Positions 26,291 through 39,429 of a stretch of DNA of 64,000 bases are shown piece by piece. Position numbers and translations under genes: made by a program. How positions within the stretch are numbered: position 1 is the stretch's first letter; every line of letters begins with the position of its first letter. This DNA comes from Octopus sinensis. Its lineage: Eukaryota. The stretch covers positions 67,654,464-67,718,463 of the forward strand of contig NC_043011.1 of the NCBI RefSeq assembly GCF_006345805.1, read 5' to 3'. The notes beneath the pieces were generated by a model. It did not search any database. It saw nothing but the letters and a program-made list of their open reading frames with translations, and had not been told where the DNA came from.

Positions 26291-26531
26291 TTATTTATAT
26301 ATATACATATATATATATGTATATACATATATATGTATATGTATATACATATATATGTATATGTATATACATATATATGTATATGTATATATACATATAT
26401 ATATATATGTATATATGTATATATATATATATATGTATATATATGTATATGTATATATATTCTGAGCTGAAACTTAAAAAAGGGAAAATACATATATATA
26501 TATATGTATATACATATACATACATATATAT

Positions 26532-26584
<53 letters not shown>

Positions 26585-26722
26585 TACATATATATATATA
26601 TATAGATAGATAGATAGATAGATATACATATACATATATATGTATATATCTAACTATATATATATATGTATATATGTATATATATATATATATATTATAT
26701 ATGTATATATGTATATATATAT

Positions 26723-26781
<59 letters not shown>

Positions 26782-26809
26782 ATGTATATACATATATATA
26801 TATATATGT

Positions 26810-28268
26810 ATTTTCCCTTTTTTAAGTTTCAGCTCAGAGCTGCTGCCATGCTGATATACCGCCGTTTTGCGCTACACCTTTAATATTAGGAGCCTCCTCT
26901 AATATGTGGCACTTGGTGAAGAATGGAGTTTGATATAGCTACCCTTATTTGCACCTCTTGCCGTGAGGTAAGCTCATCTGGGACTCTCGACAGGAAGATG
27001 TCCAGCTTTGATTTAAAAACCCCTACATATACTTTGTGCAAATTCCTCAGACTTTTTGGAAGAATATTAAAAAATTATGGGTCCATGAAAACCCAGGCTG
27101 TTGCAGTAACTGGTCCTGAAGCGTGATGACATTGCTAGGATCTTTGGCACTATGCAGTGTCGTCCCGTTCTAGCATTGGTGTAGCTTTCAATGCCAAAAT
27201 TTGGCACAATTCCTTCCAGGACCTTCCAGGACCTTCCAGGACCTTCCAGACATATATTACTGCATACCTCTCCCGTCTTCTCTCCAGGGAGTTGAGTCTT
27301 AGCTGTTTCAACCTTTCCCAGTACCTGAGCTGCTGCAAAGAGACGATCTTCTTTGTGAATCTTCTCTGGATTGCTTCAAGGTCCGCTGTTAATCTCACAG
27401 TGGTGGGTGACCATAGCTGTGAGTAGTAACACAGGCGGCTGAGGACGAATGTCCGCCAGAGGACCATCATGGTTTCCTTATCTCTGGCTCTGAATATTCT
27501 GAGGATCCATCCCGCCATCCGTCTGCACTTTGCCGCCATCCTGGTAATGTGCACTTGGAAAGAGGTATCATCACTCATGTCGATACCCAGGTCCTTCACA
27601 GACTTAGGCTCTGGGATTGAAATTCCCTGTGGACCGGTGTTCCCTGTAGGTTTAATATTCAGTTTTGGATGCTTGTAGTGCAGGGCCGTGAATTTTTCAG
27701 CATTAAACTGCATATTATTATCCTCAGCCCATCTGTAGATTGAGTCCAACTCCTGCTGCAGGTGTGCAACATCGCTGGGGTTCTGTATCTTCTGTGAGAC
27801 TTTCGTATCATCTGCATAGCTTGCCAGAGTGGTTATCCGGGCATTTGAGGGCATATCTGAGAGGGCCACTATAAAAAGCAGTGGTCCCAAGACAGTGCCC
27901 TGCGGAACACCACTCACTATTTGTGTGCTCATAGAGGTGGCTCTATTAGCCACTACTACCTGACTCATATCTTTCAGGAAGTCATGTAACCACACTCCAA
28001 TTTTTGCAGGTATGCCGAGGTCACTCAGTTTGTGTCGTATCATACCATGATCCACCTTGTCAAAAGCTGTTTCAAAATCAAGGTATATTACATTCACATT
28101 TGATTTGTTGAGTAACTGCCTCAACACCCAGTCATAATGTTGTAAGAGCTGTGTCAGACTGCTCCTACCTGGTCGAAAGTCATGTTGGGTGTCACTTAGC
28201 AAGTTATTTTCCTCAAGGAATGCGATTTGTTTCTTTCTGACTATCCGTTCCATGACTTTGCTGATGTG
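26810..28268 (-). mobile_element. CR1/L2-group LINE RT and 3' end (5'-truncated)
   Basis: ORF 27150-28271: YLDFETAFDKV, GVPQGTVLGPLLF, YADD, LERRRERY. Confidence 0.93.
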
Positions 28269-28574
28269 CACACATATATATATGTATATAGATACATATA
28301 TATATATATTATATATATTAATATATATATATTATATATATATTATATATATATATATATATATTATGTGAAATAGAAAGATGAATAATCTTGTAGTAGA
28401 TTAATCAAAAGTTTAACCGATACCTTAGTAGCAAAAATCACAGCAGTGAACAGCACGGTTGGAGGTACAACCATCTGGCGTTGCAACCGTGCGTTGGTGC
28501 GGATAATTGAAATTAAAAATTATTGGTGAATTGAAGAAATGGAGCTGAACGCAGATTGAACAGAAATCGTTTTA

Positions 28575-28663
28575 TTTCATTCTACACGTGTTTCGAAAGG
28601 CACAAATTACCAAAATCCGATTGAATAATGGGACCATATTGTGTCTTTCTCTTCAGGAAGAAA
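28575..28663 (-). ncRNA. Type-I hammerhead ribozyme (sense to the PLE)
   Basis: tttcttc-CTGAAGA-gaaagacacaa..ttgtgcctttc-GAAA-cacgtg-TA-gaatgaaa; palindromic stem III. Confidence 0.88.
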
Positions 28664-30028
28664 AAAGGAATCCGTTGGAAAAACAAAAACAGAACAGAGG
28701 CAGAGCAAAAAACAAATCGAACTGTGCTCCTAAGAGCCCATGGCGAAACTGTTTATCAGTGTATGTTGAGACCGGTGGCTGAAGAATTCAACAGTCAGGC
28801 ATCGGTCAAACATGTGGGTGAGGTGTATAGATGTTCTTTGTGACCGAGAATAAAGTTCTAACTATTTAAAGAATATTGGATGTTTTATAAGGGGCGAGAA
28901 AAAATCTACTTAGAGACGTGTGTGTGTGTATACTGTTCTATATATGTGTGTGTTGGCGTAGGGGTAGAAAACATTTTTTGTGTACGTGTGTGCGTTTGAT
29001 CGTTCGGCTGTCAGTGGCTACTGCCGTGATAACCGTTGGGTGGCAGAAAGAAAAAAAATAAAGAAATTATATATATATATTTATGTTTTATGTGTGTGTG
29101 TGTGTGTTCATCTAAGCCTACCTTGACAAGGAAACCCCCCGCTGTGAAAAACAACCCCGTTTGTCTTACAGGAGTAATTTCCCTTGCAGTGTTAATTGTA
29201 GATATCTTAAAATCTAATTCAGAATTTGTTACCAAGGGCTAGGGTGCCGGTCTTATTTATAAACGCTATTTAAAGGCCAGATAAGTGTAACGCCGCCAAT
29301 GGGGGCATCGAAAAGCCGACTGTAAGAGCCCGTTTACCATCCGGCCTCTGGCAAACAAAATATGGAAGAGTTCGGAGACACAAAGGTTGCACTGTCTTCT
29401 GCCCCTATCAAATGGGAGGGCCACCGACAAAATTGACCATTCCAGCCTATAGCTAAGTTCGCATCCTTCAGTCGCCATATTAGCTTACTGAGTCCCGTGG
29501 TCTGGCGCTTGTTCACGTCCCGAAAAGTTGCGTAATGGTTGGAGACACGCAAAGACAATCTTGAGGATGATGCCCCTATATAAGTGAAGGCATCTGAGTC
29601 CGTGTAAACCTTGCATTGGTAGACGGCGTTTCTGATCTTGGAGTTCGCCGACGTGAATCTTACTCTGCTAGGATTGGTTTCTGAAATTAGAACTGCGTTC
29701 CTGTCACTATATTCGTTCCGAGACCTGCAGCCGCTTACTACTCTATTTTCCACTACGTCACTATTAACTATAGGAATAACCCCTGATTCTCCACTATCTA
29801 TCAGAGTGCTGTCATTGCTACTGCCCGTGGTACTGCTATTGCGGTCACAAAGAACATCTATACACCCTCACCCACATGTTTGACCGATGCCTGACCTGTT
29901 GAATTCTTCAGCCACCGGTTCTCAACATACACTGATAAACAGTTTTCGCCTGGGCTCTTAGGAGCACAGTTCGATTTGTTTTTTGCTCTGCCTCTGTTCT
30001 GTTTTTGTTTTTCCAACGGATTTCCTTT

Positions 30029-30118
30029 TTTCTTCCTGAAGAGAAAGACACAATATGGTCCCATTATTCAATCGGATTTTGGTAATTTGTTGCCTTTCGA
30101 AACACGTGTAGAATGAAA
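30029..30118 (+). ncRNA. Type-I hammerhead ribozyme (inverted pLTR copy)
   Basis: CTGAAGA at 30036-42, GAAA at 30099-102, cacgtg, TA, stem I ttc/gaa. Confidence 0.88.
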
Positions 30119-30178
30119 TAAAACGATTTCTGTTCAATCTGCGTTCAGCTCCATTTCTTCAATTCACCAATAATGTTT

Positions 30179-30236
<58 letters not shown>

Positions 30237-30286
30237 TTATATATATATATATATATAATATATATATTTATTTATTTTATAGAAGG

Positions 30287-30337
30287 AGCTTCTACAGGAC
30301 TAGAACTGTTTCATTCAAATGAAATCATCAGGAAGCT
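30287..30337 (-). ncRNA. Type-I hammerhead ribozyme, canonical core
   Basis: agcttc-CTGATGA-tttcatttgaat-GAAA-cag ttctagtc ctg-TA-gaagct; 6-bp stem I; the inverted copy at 30377-30427 has GAAA>TAAA. Confidence 0.85.
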
Positions 30338-30509
30338 TGGCGTCAAGTATGCTTGGCGTCAAGATTCTTGACGCCAAGCTTCCTGATGATTTCATTTGAA
30401 TTAAACAGTTCTAGTCCTGTAGAAGCTCTTTCTATAAAATAAATTAATTTACTCTGCCATGTATTGAGTACCTTATTTACTGTGGTTAACCCCGACTCAA
30501 CCCGCGACC

Positions 30510-30544
<35 letters not shown>

Positions 30545-30552
<8 letters not shown>

Positions 30553-31080
30553 CAGTTTGTCTGTCTGTGTGTCTATCAGGTTGTACCCTCACCCTGACCA
30601 CGGCTTTCAACCGATTCTGATGAAACTTGATACACACATACTCCAATGTCATAATTCAAAACTAACGTAGAGAAAATTTTGAAAAGTTCCCCCAGTTCTT
30701 AAAAAGACCGATAAATTCGAGATGGGGTCGAGAATCTAAGCTTTTCATATGCAACACATTTTCCGTTGTAGTTTTCACAACTTGCAATCGATCTTCACCA
30801 AACTCATGGTGAAGCTTAGTGTTACCCTGAGAAACTCAATTCTGACGTTAGTTTTCCATGCAATACCTTACCATCAGAAAAAATCGATAAAATCATGCCA
30901 TTTTGGGAAATTGCGTTCAAATTCAAGATGACATATTTTCAACAATATCTTTAACAAATTGGCAGAAATTTTTTTTAAAATTCACAGCGAGCATCATGTC
31001 AACTCCAAGGAGCTATATGGCCCTTTTTATTCCAATAGGATACTTTATTACTGGAAAAAAATCGGTTAATTAAATCATAT
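30545..31080 (+). mobile_element. Helitron-like non-autonomous element 5' part
   Basis: (TA)n start, gtctgtctgtgtgtc, and ccgattctgatgaaactt motif with a degenerate internal repeat. Confidence 0.45.
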
Positions 31081-31559
31081 GTGGCACACATAGCAAACCG
31101 ATTTGTGTATTAAACACTAACCACATACTGTCTAGGGGGCGCAACTCGAACTTCTTTAACTCTCTTACTCCCCCAAATAACTATCAAACAGCTATCGATA
31201 TTCCAACCCCCAGGAGGAAATCTAGACTTAATCTTCAAGGTATCCCACATGCAAACCAAAGATTACATCGAAACCTCCAGACTAACCTAAGTTTTGGTGA
31301 ACCAATTCCTACCAGGAAGAAATTACATTCGAGACTTTACCCACAACACCGCCACTTCAAGCAGTCAACGAGACAAAACATGAGCAGACAACATAACCTT
31401 GGCATAGGAACGTCGTATACACAAAAGTATTTGAGTGAAGAGAAGACATTGCAGCCTACGCATGCGCCTTCGTTCCCTACAGGGAAAGGACTAGATCGGG
31501 ATTAGTCGTTGCCTACTAGGGGCTCTTAAATACCTGGGCTACTACACAGATTTTTTCCC

Positions 31560-31811
<252 letters not shown>

Positions 31812-31914
31812 ATAAACGTTAAACCCTCCTTTCCTTCTTTCCTGAGCGTCCAATAATACTATATTTATTCCACGTCCTCGCGTTGTGTTTTTTTGTGGTT
31901 TCTTGTTTGGATTA

Positions 31915-32000
<86 letters not shown>

Positions 32001-32019
32001 TATATATATATACATATAT

Positions 32020-34077
32020 ACAAATTGAGATAGGGGTTGTAAATGCAACCTCCATGGGATAACATATATCCAATATACTGCTAGTGAAGTACCCAACAAA
32101 GTTAATACATAAATGTTAATGATTGCGATGCAATTAATTCATTTACTGTATTATATGGGCAAAGGTAAGATGATTTACCACAAATTACTAATACAAGATA
32201 AGAAAATGGAGAAATACATCTAAATCAAATATCAATTACCAGATAATACTCAATCACATACTTTATTAAACCACCACATAAGAGACTGTAGGGTTAAATA
32301 TAAAAATCAGAACAAATCAGTGTACATAAAGGAATGTACATAAAAAAGTGTACATAAAAGAGTAATGTTGTATAATAAGTGGAATATATATAAAAGAGAA
32401 TATAAATATAATTAAATATAAATATAAGTATAGATTACATCTTACAGCTGTTTCGGCCATGTAGATAGGTATGTCTCATTTTACCAATATTAGCCCTTTA
32501 TGGTTGGTCAATATATAGATATAAATGAGACATTTACAAAAATATCATAAGGCCTCTTCGGAGATTATGTAATAAAATCAGTCTACATATATACCCACAT
32601 GGGTGTGGGTGCATACCCATAATACAACATATATATATATATACATATGAGTGCATATACTCTTATTCCTATACATATAAAAATATACATATACATAATG
32701 ATATAAATAAATAATATAAATTAGTAAACATATATATGTGTTCCACATTCAATGTCTCAGTTTTTCGACTTAATATTGTGATAATAAACATACACAAATT
32801 AGTACCTAGATGCAAATATACATAGTCAATTGTACATTATATTACTTCGGCTAAATTTATTCTTACTCTTAGTGAATAGTCTATATATTACTTTATGTAT
32901 AGTTCTGACTATATCCGTTTTAATCTGCATTGCATATGGTATTATTAGCCATAGTGTATCATCATCACTATGTGGATTACTCCTCAAGTTGTTATTCTTG
33001 GGAAAAACTCTATTATTCTTCCAACCCATATGCTTTCTACCCTTAGTATTGTCAATATAATGCCTAGAATTCCCCTTCAGATTGGTTTTATTAGTGACTT
33101 TATTGTTATTGTTATTCTTATTATTATTATTGTTTAGATGAACTCCATTATTACCATAAATATTATCAATGTTATTATGCCTATTGTTAATATCCCTACT
33201 CCTAATAGTTCCACCTGTGTTCGAAGGATTATTATTGGGTATATACCAAATTTTATTTTTGTAGCCCGCCTTCAGCAATGCCGTGTTGTATTTTTCACAA
33301 TGCTTATTGAATATGTCCTCGTTTGAGGATAGATAAGAGATTCTCTGACTAATACTTCTTACCAGTGACCTTTTAATTTGAGGTGGGTGATTGCTAGAGT
33401 AGTTTATATATACTAAGTTAGAATTAGGTTTAATATACGGTTCATGCATTCCATTAGTAAAGTTGCAATTGACATCTAAATAATTATCAGAGTAGTTTTT
33501 ATTTTCAATAACTATGGATAAGCCAAAACTTTTTTTAAATTTATGTAGTCGTTTTTTCAGTAATTCTAGCCTCCTATTAGAAGTGTTTCTGACTGGAAAT
33601 AAAGCGTCGTCCCTATATAGTCCGCCCTTTAATTCAGGGAATTCCCTATTAAGGTTATCGAGTAGATACATCCCCACTAGATCCGGCACTTCCGCTGAAT
33701 CCGACGAGCCCATGATGATGTCAAATAAATTAGGTGTGTCTTTTCTAGCCCATAGTTTGTTATCAAACTCTGTTAATGTTTTTCTAGCTGTTAAGATAAC
33801 CTTTATCTCCCCCATACTTAAGTTGGTATGTTTCCTAGCAAAAGTTAAAGCCTTATTTAGTATAATAGGGTTGATGGAGGAGTAGTAATTTTGTATATCA
33901 AATTGGATTAATTTATTGCTACTGCTATCACTGACCTGAAATGGAAAAACACCCAGGGTGCATTGGATTGGTTCTCTACAATTCAGGTTAGTGATAGCAG
34001 AAGCAATAAATTTATCCAATTTGATATACAAAATTACTACTCCTCCATGAACCCTATTATACTAAATAAGGCTTTAA
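32020..34077 (-). mobile_element. Penelope-like element RT fragment with 3' pLTR and 5' fold-back
   Basis: ORF 32826-34031: QFDIQNYYSSI, MGS..SAE..DLVG, GLYRDD, NYLDV, YINYSSNHPP; inverted arms 33845-33940 / 33982-34077. Confidence 0.9.
32434..32573 (-). ncRNA. Type-I hammerhead with long stem II extension (core U4>C)
   Basis: attacataatct-CCGAAGA-ggcc..(atgtctcattt/aaatgagacat)..ggcc-GAAA-cagctg-TA-agatgtaat. Confidence 0.75.
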
Positions 34078-34079
34078 TT

Positions 34080-34276
34080 AAGCTCCACGCGGTTCCGGAA
34101 AAAGTTAATGGCGAACTTCTGACTCTTTCGCCACAACTTTCTCTCACTCTTTCCTCCGGCAACTTGCAGCTCATCTGCGATAGACCGGCGTCCCGTCCAG
34201 GTGAGGAACCTATAGGCCAAGGAAACCGGAAAACCGGCCCTATGAGCCCGGCGTGGTTCGAGAAGGAACAAACAAC

Positions 34277-34279
<3 letters not shown>
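34080..34279 (+). mobile_element. SINE family D, 5'-truncated
   Basis: Matches 62138-62340 (ccacgcggctccggcagaaggtaatggcgaactt...gaccggcgtcccgtccagg). Confidence 0.8.
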
Positions 34280-34325
<46 letters not shown>

Positions 34326-34849
34326 TTCCAATAATGAAGTCAAACCAAACTAATGTTTTGAAATAACTTCTTAGCGTAACACGATATGTGTGTATGTGTG
34401 TGTACGTGTGCATAAGTGTATGAGCATGTATATGTGAGTGTGTATGTGTGTATACATTTCTTGTATATTTCATTTATATAAAATTGGTAAATTGCTATTT
34501 GAGACCAAGCATTGAGTGGTTATATTATTAATCAGAATTTTGATTTCCTAATCAGGATTTTGATGTAAACGCACACAAGAAGAATAATTGATTACGTCAA
34601 ATCAGACACGTATCTTACTTTATCGCTTGTCCCTGAAATGATAAAAGATGATGTTGACCCGGCAGGAATTGAACTCAGTACGTAATGCACCAGAACCAAT
34701 ACCGTGCGGCATTAATTCAGACGCTCTAACAGTTCTACCACTTTATAAATAGAGAAACTAATCTGATGGAAATTAGTCTTTTATATGGTTCGTCAACTTG
34801 ACTGTGTTAGGAGTATCGGACCGGTTTTCCGTTTTGTCTGGCGTATATA

Positions 34850-35421
34850 TACGAGGGTGAGTCAAAAAGTAATGCCATTTTTGTTTAGGACAGGTATAAT
34901 TACTAACACAGGAACATGTATCATACATCAAAATGAAGCTGGTCCTCTGAGGATTACATCCCTACTTCTCAACATAGTCACCGTTTCTCTCAATAGCAAT
35001 GTTCCACCTTCGAATGAGAGCATGTATCCCTGCCCCGAAAAATTCTGTTGACTGTTCTTTGAGCCACTTCTTCACTACAGTTTTCACTTCCACGTCTCTG
35101 GGATTTTTTTAGCACCTTCAGACCATCATCTCTTTGGCTCCATGAAAGAGGGTTTGAGAGGCAAACATTATTCCAGTGATGAGGAAGTGAAAACGGTAGT
35201 GAAGAAGTAACTCAAAGAACAGACAACAGAATTTTACGGGGCAGAGATAATGCTCTCATTCGAAGGTGGAACATTGCTATTGAGAGAAACGGTGACTCTG
35301 TTGAGAAGTAGGGATGTAATCCACAGAGGACCAGCTTCATCTTGATTTATGATACATGTTCCTGTGTTGGTAATTATACCTGTCCTAAACAAAATGGCAT
35401 TACTTTTTGACTCACTCTCGT
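34850..35421. mobile_element. Palindromic mariner derivative made of two 3' ends
   Basis: TIR TACGAGGGTGAGTCAAAAAGTAATGCC at both ends; arms inverted over more than 200 bp; residual LAPSDHHLFGSMKEGLRGKHY. Confidence 0.9.
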
Positions 35422-35936
35422 GCCTCTCTGAGTAGACTGGAGTAACATGAGATGAAGTGTTTTGTTAAAGAACACAATGCATCGCCCGGTCAGGAATTGA
35501 AACCACAATCTTACGATCATGAGTTCATCACTCTGACTACTAAGCCATGCACATCCTTTTATGCAGGTATCGTTAATGCAGTTACGGGTTCAAAAAGTTT
35601 GGTTTGCAAATTTTCCTGATGAATTTAAATACTGCACTTTTTTGATACTAACTTGTCTGAGCCCGCCCTTGGTTGTATGTTAAGAAACCTTCTCGTAAAA
35701 TAAAGTATTCCAAGAAAACTTCATGCTAATTTGTGTTTCAAGCACCAATATAAAACGACAAAATTGTTTTAATAAATCTTCCATTGGTTTCCAAATTAAA
35801 GGAAATTAAAGGCAGAGAACAACTGAGAGTCAGAAGCTGTATCTGTCAAACAGAGACATGCTGTCTGTCTGTCTGTTCGTTTGTCTGTTAGTCCCTCTAC
35901 CTAACAGTCGATCTATTCGTCCATCCCTCACCCTTT

Positions 35937-36014
<78 letters not shown>

Positions 36015-36224
36015 CCCCTCTCTCTCTCTCTCCATACATATATATATATATCTGTCCGTCTGTCCGTCGACTTATCTGTCTGTGTGTCTCTGTCCGTCGA
36101 CTTTTCAGTCAGTGTGTTTCTCTGTGTCTATATTTTGCTTTCTTCCTTAAGTAACACTTTGAAGTGTATTGCATACCCACGTACAGCAATCTCTCTCACC
36201 GCACCAACTATTGATATATCTATC

Positions 36225-36720
36225 TCAAGTGATGGAAAAAGTCATTAACCACCCCCCACCTCCCGCAACATCTTTAATCAGTCTACCTCCGCAATGACCA
36301 CTCGTATGATCATCCGTATAACTCCCGAAGACGTAGTCTTTGATATCAGTCACTAATAGATCCTTTCCCTTCAGAAATTTATAGAAAATATTCTTGTTGC
36401 ATTGGACATCAGCATTGCATTCCACTGTGTCTGACAGAGAAATCTCTTGTCAAAACTACTCGATTTTGAATCTTCTCCAACCTATCTCTCACCTCGTAGA
36501 TCTGTGGTTTCCTGTCAGATTGCACAGATATGGCGTGTGCAGATGGAGCTAACTCTATAAACTCTGGTGGACCCCAAGGTTCATTTTTACATCTCACAAT
36601 GTTCTACTTGCCTTTACCTATAACAACCCCTATTCATATGAAGATGGTACTAATTTCCTCCCGTCCATACTCAAGCGCCATCTTTGTGAATCTTAGACGC
36701 TTTACAACACACCATCACTG
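36225..36720 (-). mobile_element. Degenerate LINE APE endonuclease fragment
   Basis: Broken minus-strand frames with VLTRDFS (GDFN-like) and SDHH-like motif. Confidence 0.4.
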
Positions 36721-37759
36721 AGTCCGGGGACGGAGACCTCAGGAACATTCTTTAATCAGATCAAAACATTTCCCTCCTTCGACCACACAAACACGAAACA
36801 TAGTTCACCTCAGTCTAAGCAACAACCAAATTCTAGGCTTTGTCATCACTGAATAGTCCTTTTAACGATCCCAAATGCTCTGCAGACTAATTACTGCAAC
36901 ACAAAGACTTACCTTTTTCCTCAGGACCAGAAAACAGTTCCACTGACAACAAGAACATAAGTACTGTCAAACATTTTACCAATTTATTATAAAAACGCCT
37001 TACTCCAGTACATCTTATTTCACATTGGTTAAGCGTCTTCTGCTGTAGACTTGTATTGGATGAGGCTACCTAAATGATATTTGGGTGAACAAAAAGCCGT
37101 GCCAAAGCCTGTCAGCGCATGTGTGTGTGTGTGTTACCTTGTCTCGGGCTCTCACTTCTTTCATGAAGTTGCAGGGTCATTGTTGTGACAAATGATATGC
37201 CTTGGGGATTTTTTTACAGCAGACGGAGCCCATCTCTCTCCTGGTCTGACCACTGCAAATTTCGTCTAAAAAAAACCCAAAAACAAATCCGCGCTGGAAG
37301 AATAAGAGCAGAATTAACCCAGATTGTAGAATGGCGTTTTATTTAACGACTCTCAGAGAATAAAAATCCGAGTTAACCTCGACAGGATTTGAACTCCAGG
37401 CATAGAGAGTCAATGTGTGGTGGCAAATAAAAGAATGATTATTATTATGATTATTATTATTGGTTTTAAATTTAGGTATAAGGTTAGCAATCGCAGAGAA
37501 GGGGAAAGTCGATTACATCGACCCCAGAATGCAGATGGTACTTTTTTTATCGACCCCGAAAAGATGAAAGCTAAAGTCGATCTCAGCGGAATTTGAACTC
37601 AGCCTCAGAAAATAAAGATGGACGAAACGCCACTAAGAATTTTGTCCGGCTTCCTAACGATTCTGACAGCACTCTTCTGTCAGCTCATCACTTTATCTCC
37701 TGTACTCACATCGTTTACATTTAAAGTGTATAAATATATTTCGTTTTGTAAATAAATAA

Positions 37760-37796
37760 GTGCAGGGGTGGCTGTGTGGTAGGTAGCTTGCTTACC
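37760..37796 (+). mobile_element. SINE family A head, truncated at the Tx1-like insertion site
   Basis: gtgcaggggtggctgtgtggtaggtagcttgcttacc. Confidence 0.8.
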
Positions 37797-39415
37797 TTTG
37801 TCGGAGACAGACGTGTTTTTATGGTGGAGAGTTCTTGCTGCTTGATGTTACGTCTTTCGTCATGAAATATTGAACTTTGAGGCTCGACTACAGGTAGGCG
37901 TTTGCTGTATTTTTTTAGGGCTTAGTGGAGTTTGTTGCCCTGTATTTAATATTTTTTGGTGAGCAACAGTCTCCACTCTGCTCCAGACAATTGCCTGCTT
38001 GTGGTCGTGCGTAAAGACTCACTTTGCAGTGAGAATTGTATTTTTTTGAGGAGGCGTAAATTAATTTGTTTACAAAAATTGTTTTTGTTTTTGTGAATTT
38101 CCACTGGATTACCAAAGAGTACCAAGGCAGGAAGGACTATTTTTGCGACTGAAGTACCTGTATTATTACGGAGTTGCGGAATTGTGTTGCCGTGGATTGA
38201 ACTGTCTTCCTTCGTTCTTTATTTCTGCTCTGTCTTTCCGTTCTTTGACAAGAGGCTGGGTGAGTGGGCTGCCACCCGGAATAGAGCCTGAGTGGATAGA
38301 GGATACTATCCGCCGGGGTCTGGGTGGCAGCGGAGCCAGACTCTTGAATGTTAGAATGCTTCCTGTCGCTGATTGAGTGGGGTCGAAAGCAATTTTGATC
38401 CTATGGACCCAATCAGCCAAAGATCTGGTCTTCCCAGATTTTCTAAAGATGGCCGGTTCTAGGTATCCAGTGACTCCTGAGGGACGCCCCCCACCAAGTG
38501 TCATCTGTGCCTGAAATCGGGTCACATCAAGCGGAAGCGCCCCAACAACCATACAAGGGCACTGGAAAAATTAATAGAGGAGGATGTTTTTCCTCCAATG
38601 GAGCTTCCCGAGCATATAGAGGAGGGAGGTGTAGAAAAAGTCGAGGGAAAGGTAGCCCCCTCGAAAGGAAAAAAAGAAAGGTGGACAACAATGGTTGCAC
38701 ACCGATGGATCCCGTGGCGGGAAGGAGGGACACACGGACAAGCCGGAGGTACCTCACTCTCCCGACTCGAAAAAGGGGAAAAAGAAAAGAATGAAAAACG
38801 GGGCATCGCCGGCGGTTGCTGGTGCACCGGCGATATGTTCCGAAACCCCTTCGGTGGAACGTGATCCACTGGAGGTGGGGAAGAAGAAGGCCCATCTCAG
38901 TGGAAATGTTGAAGAACATGTCATCTTGTATCTCAGGTGAGGGGCTGTAGAGAACTTTATAGAAAGTTCCTGTGATAGTCCTTACCTAATGGACTCGACT
39001 TGTATTCCAGAGTGGCCTCCGCAGGTGGCTGCTCGGGTACTGGGAGAAAGGAACCTTTATCACATAATGGGCTCCTTCTCAAAGGAAGAGTATAGATCAT
39101 GTGTAAAGGACCCCAACTTGCGCTTGCTGGAATGCCTGCAGGAGGCAAAAATGTTTATTAAAGAATCATTGATGTAATTGTTTTCAATTGTAATGGACAT
39201 TTTTGCCCATAAAAGTGTAACATATTGTAAGAGGTTTAATACCTCAGTTATTTTTTTTTTTATGTTTTAGAGAAGCAAAAGTCAGCGGGCGCTTTTTGTC
39301 ATCTCCCATCCTTATCATCCTTGTATTATTATCATCCACCTCATTAATGTCCTTGTCCAGCCCGCAAGCTACCATACTCTATGTACTGCCTTTATGGCAA
39401 ATTCGATAAAATAAA
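37797..39415 (+). mobile_element. ORF1-only Tx1/L1-like element 1
   Basis: Degraded ORF1 (LTRGWVSGLPPGIEPEWIED; CHLCLKSGHIKRKRP knuckle), no ORF2, 3' ATAAAATAAA followed by target duplication 39416-39429. Confidence 0.75.
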
Positions 39416-39429
39416 GTAGCTCGCTTACC

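Larger units (their letters stand above)
28380..30174 (-). mobile_element. Penelope-like element 3' part: GIY-YIG endonuclease flanked by inverted pseudo-LTRs
   Basis: NAVYQCKV..TYIGAS..R..NH..TGLSKLIWRLK..CNLC..CPH (29266-29753, frameshifted); inverted arms 28519-28846 / 29842-30174. Confidence 0.88.

Noticed and set aside
29266-29753. Selenocysteine-recoded (UGA) Penelope endonuclease
   Set aside because: The visible disruption is a frameshift, and no in-frame UGA at a Cys position or SECIS element was identifiable
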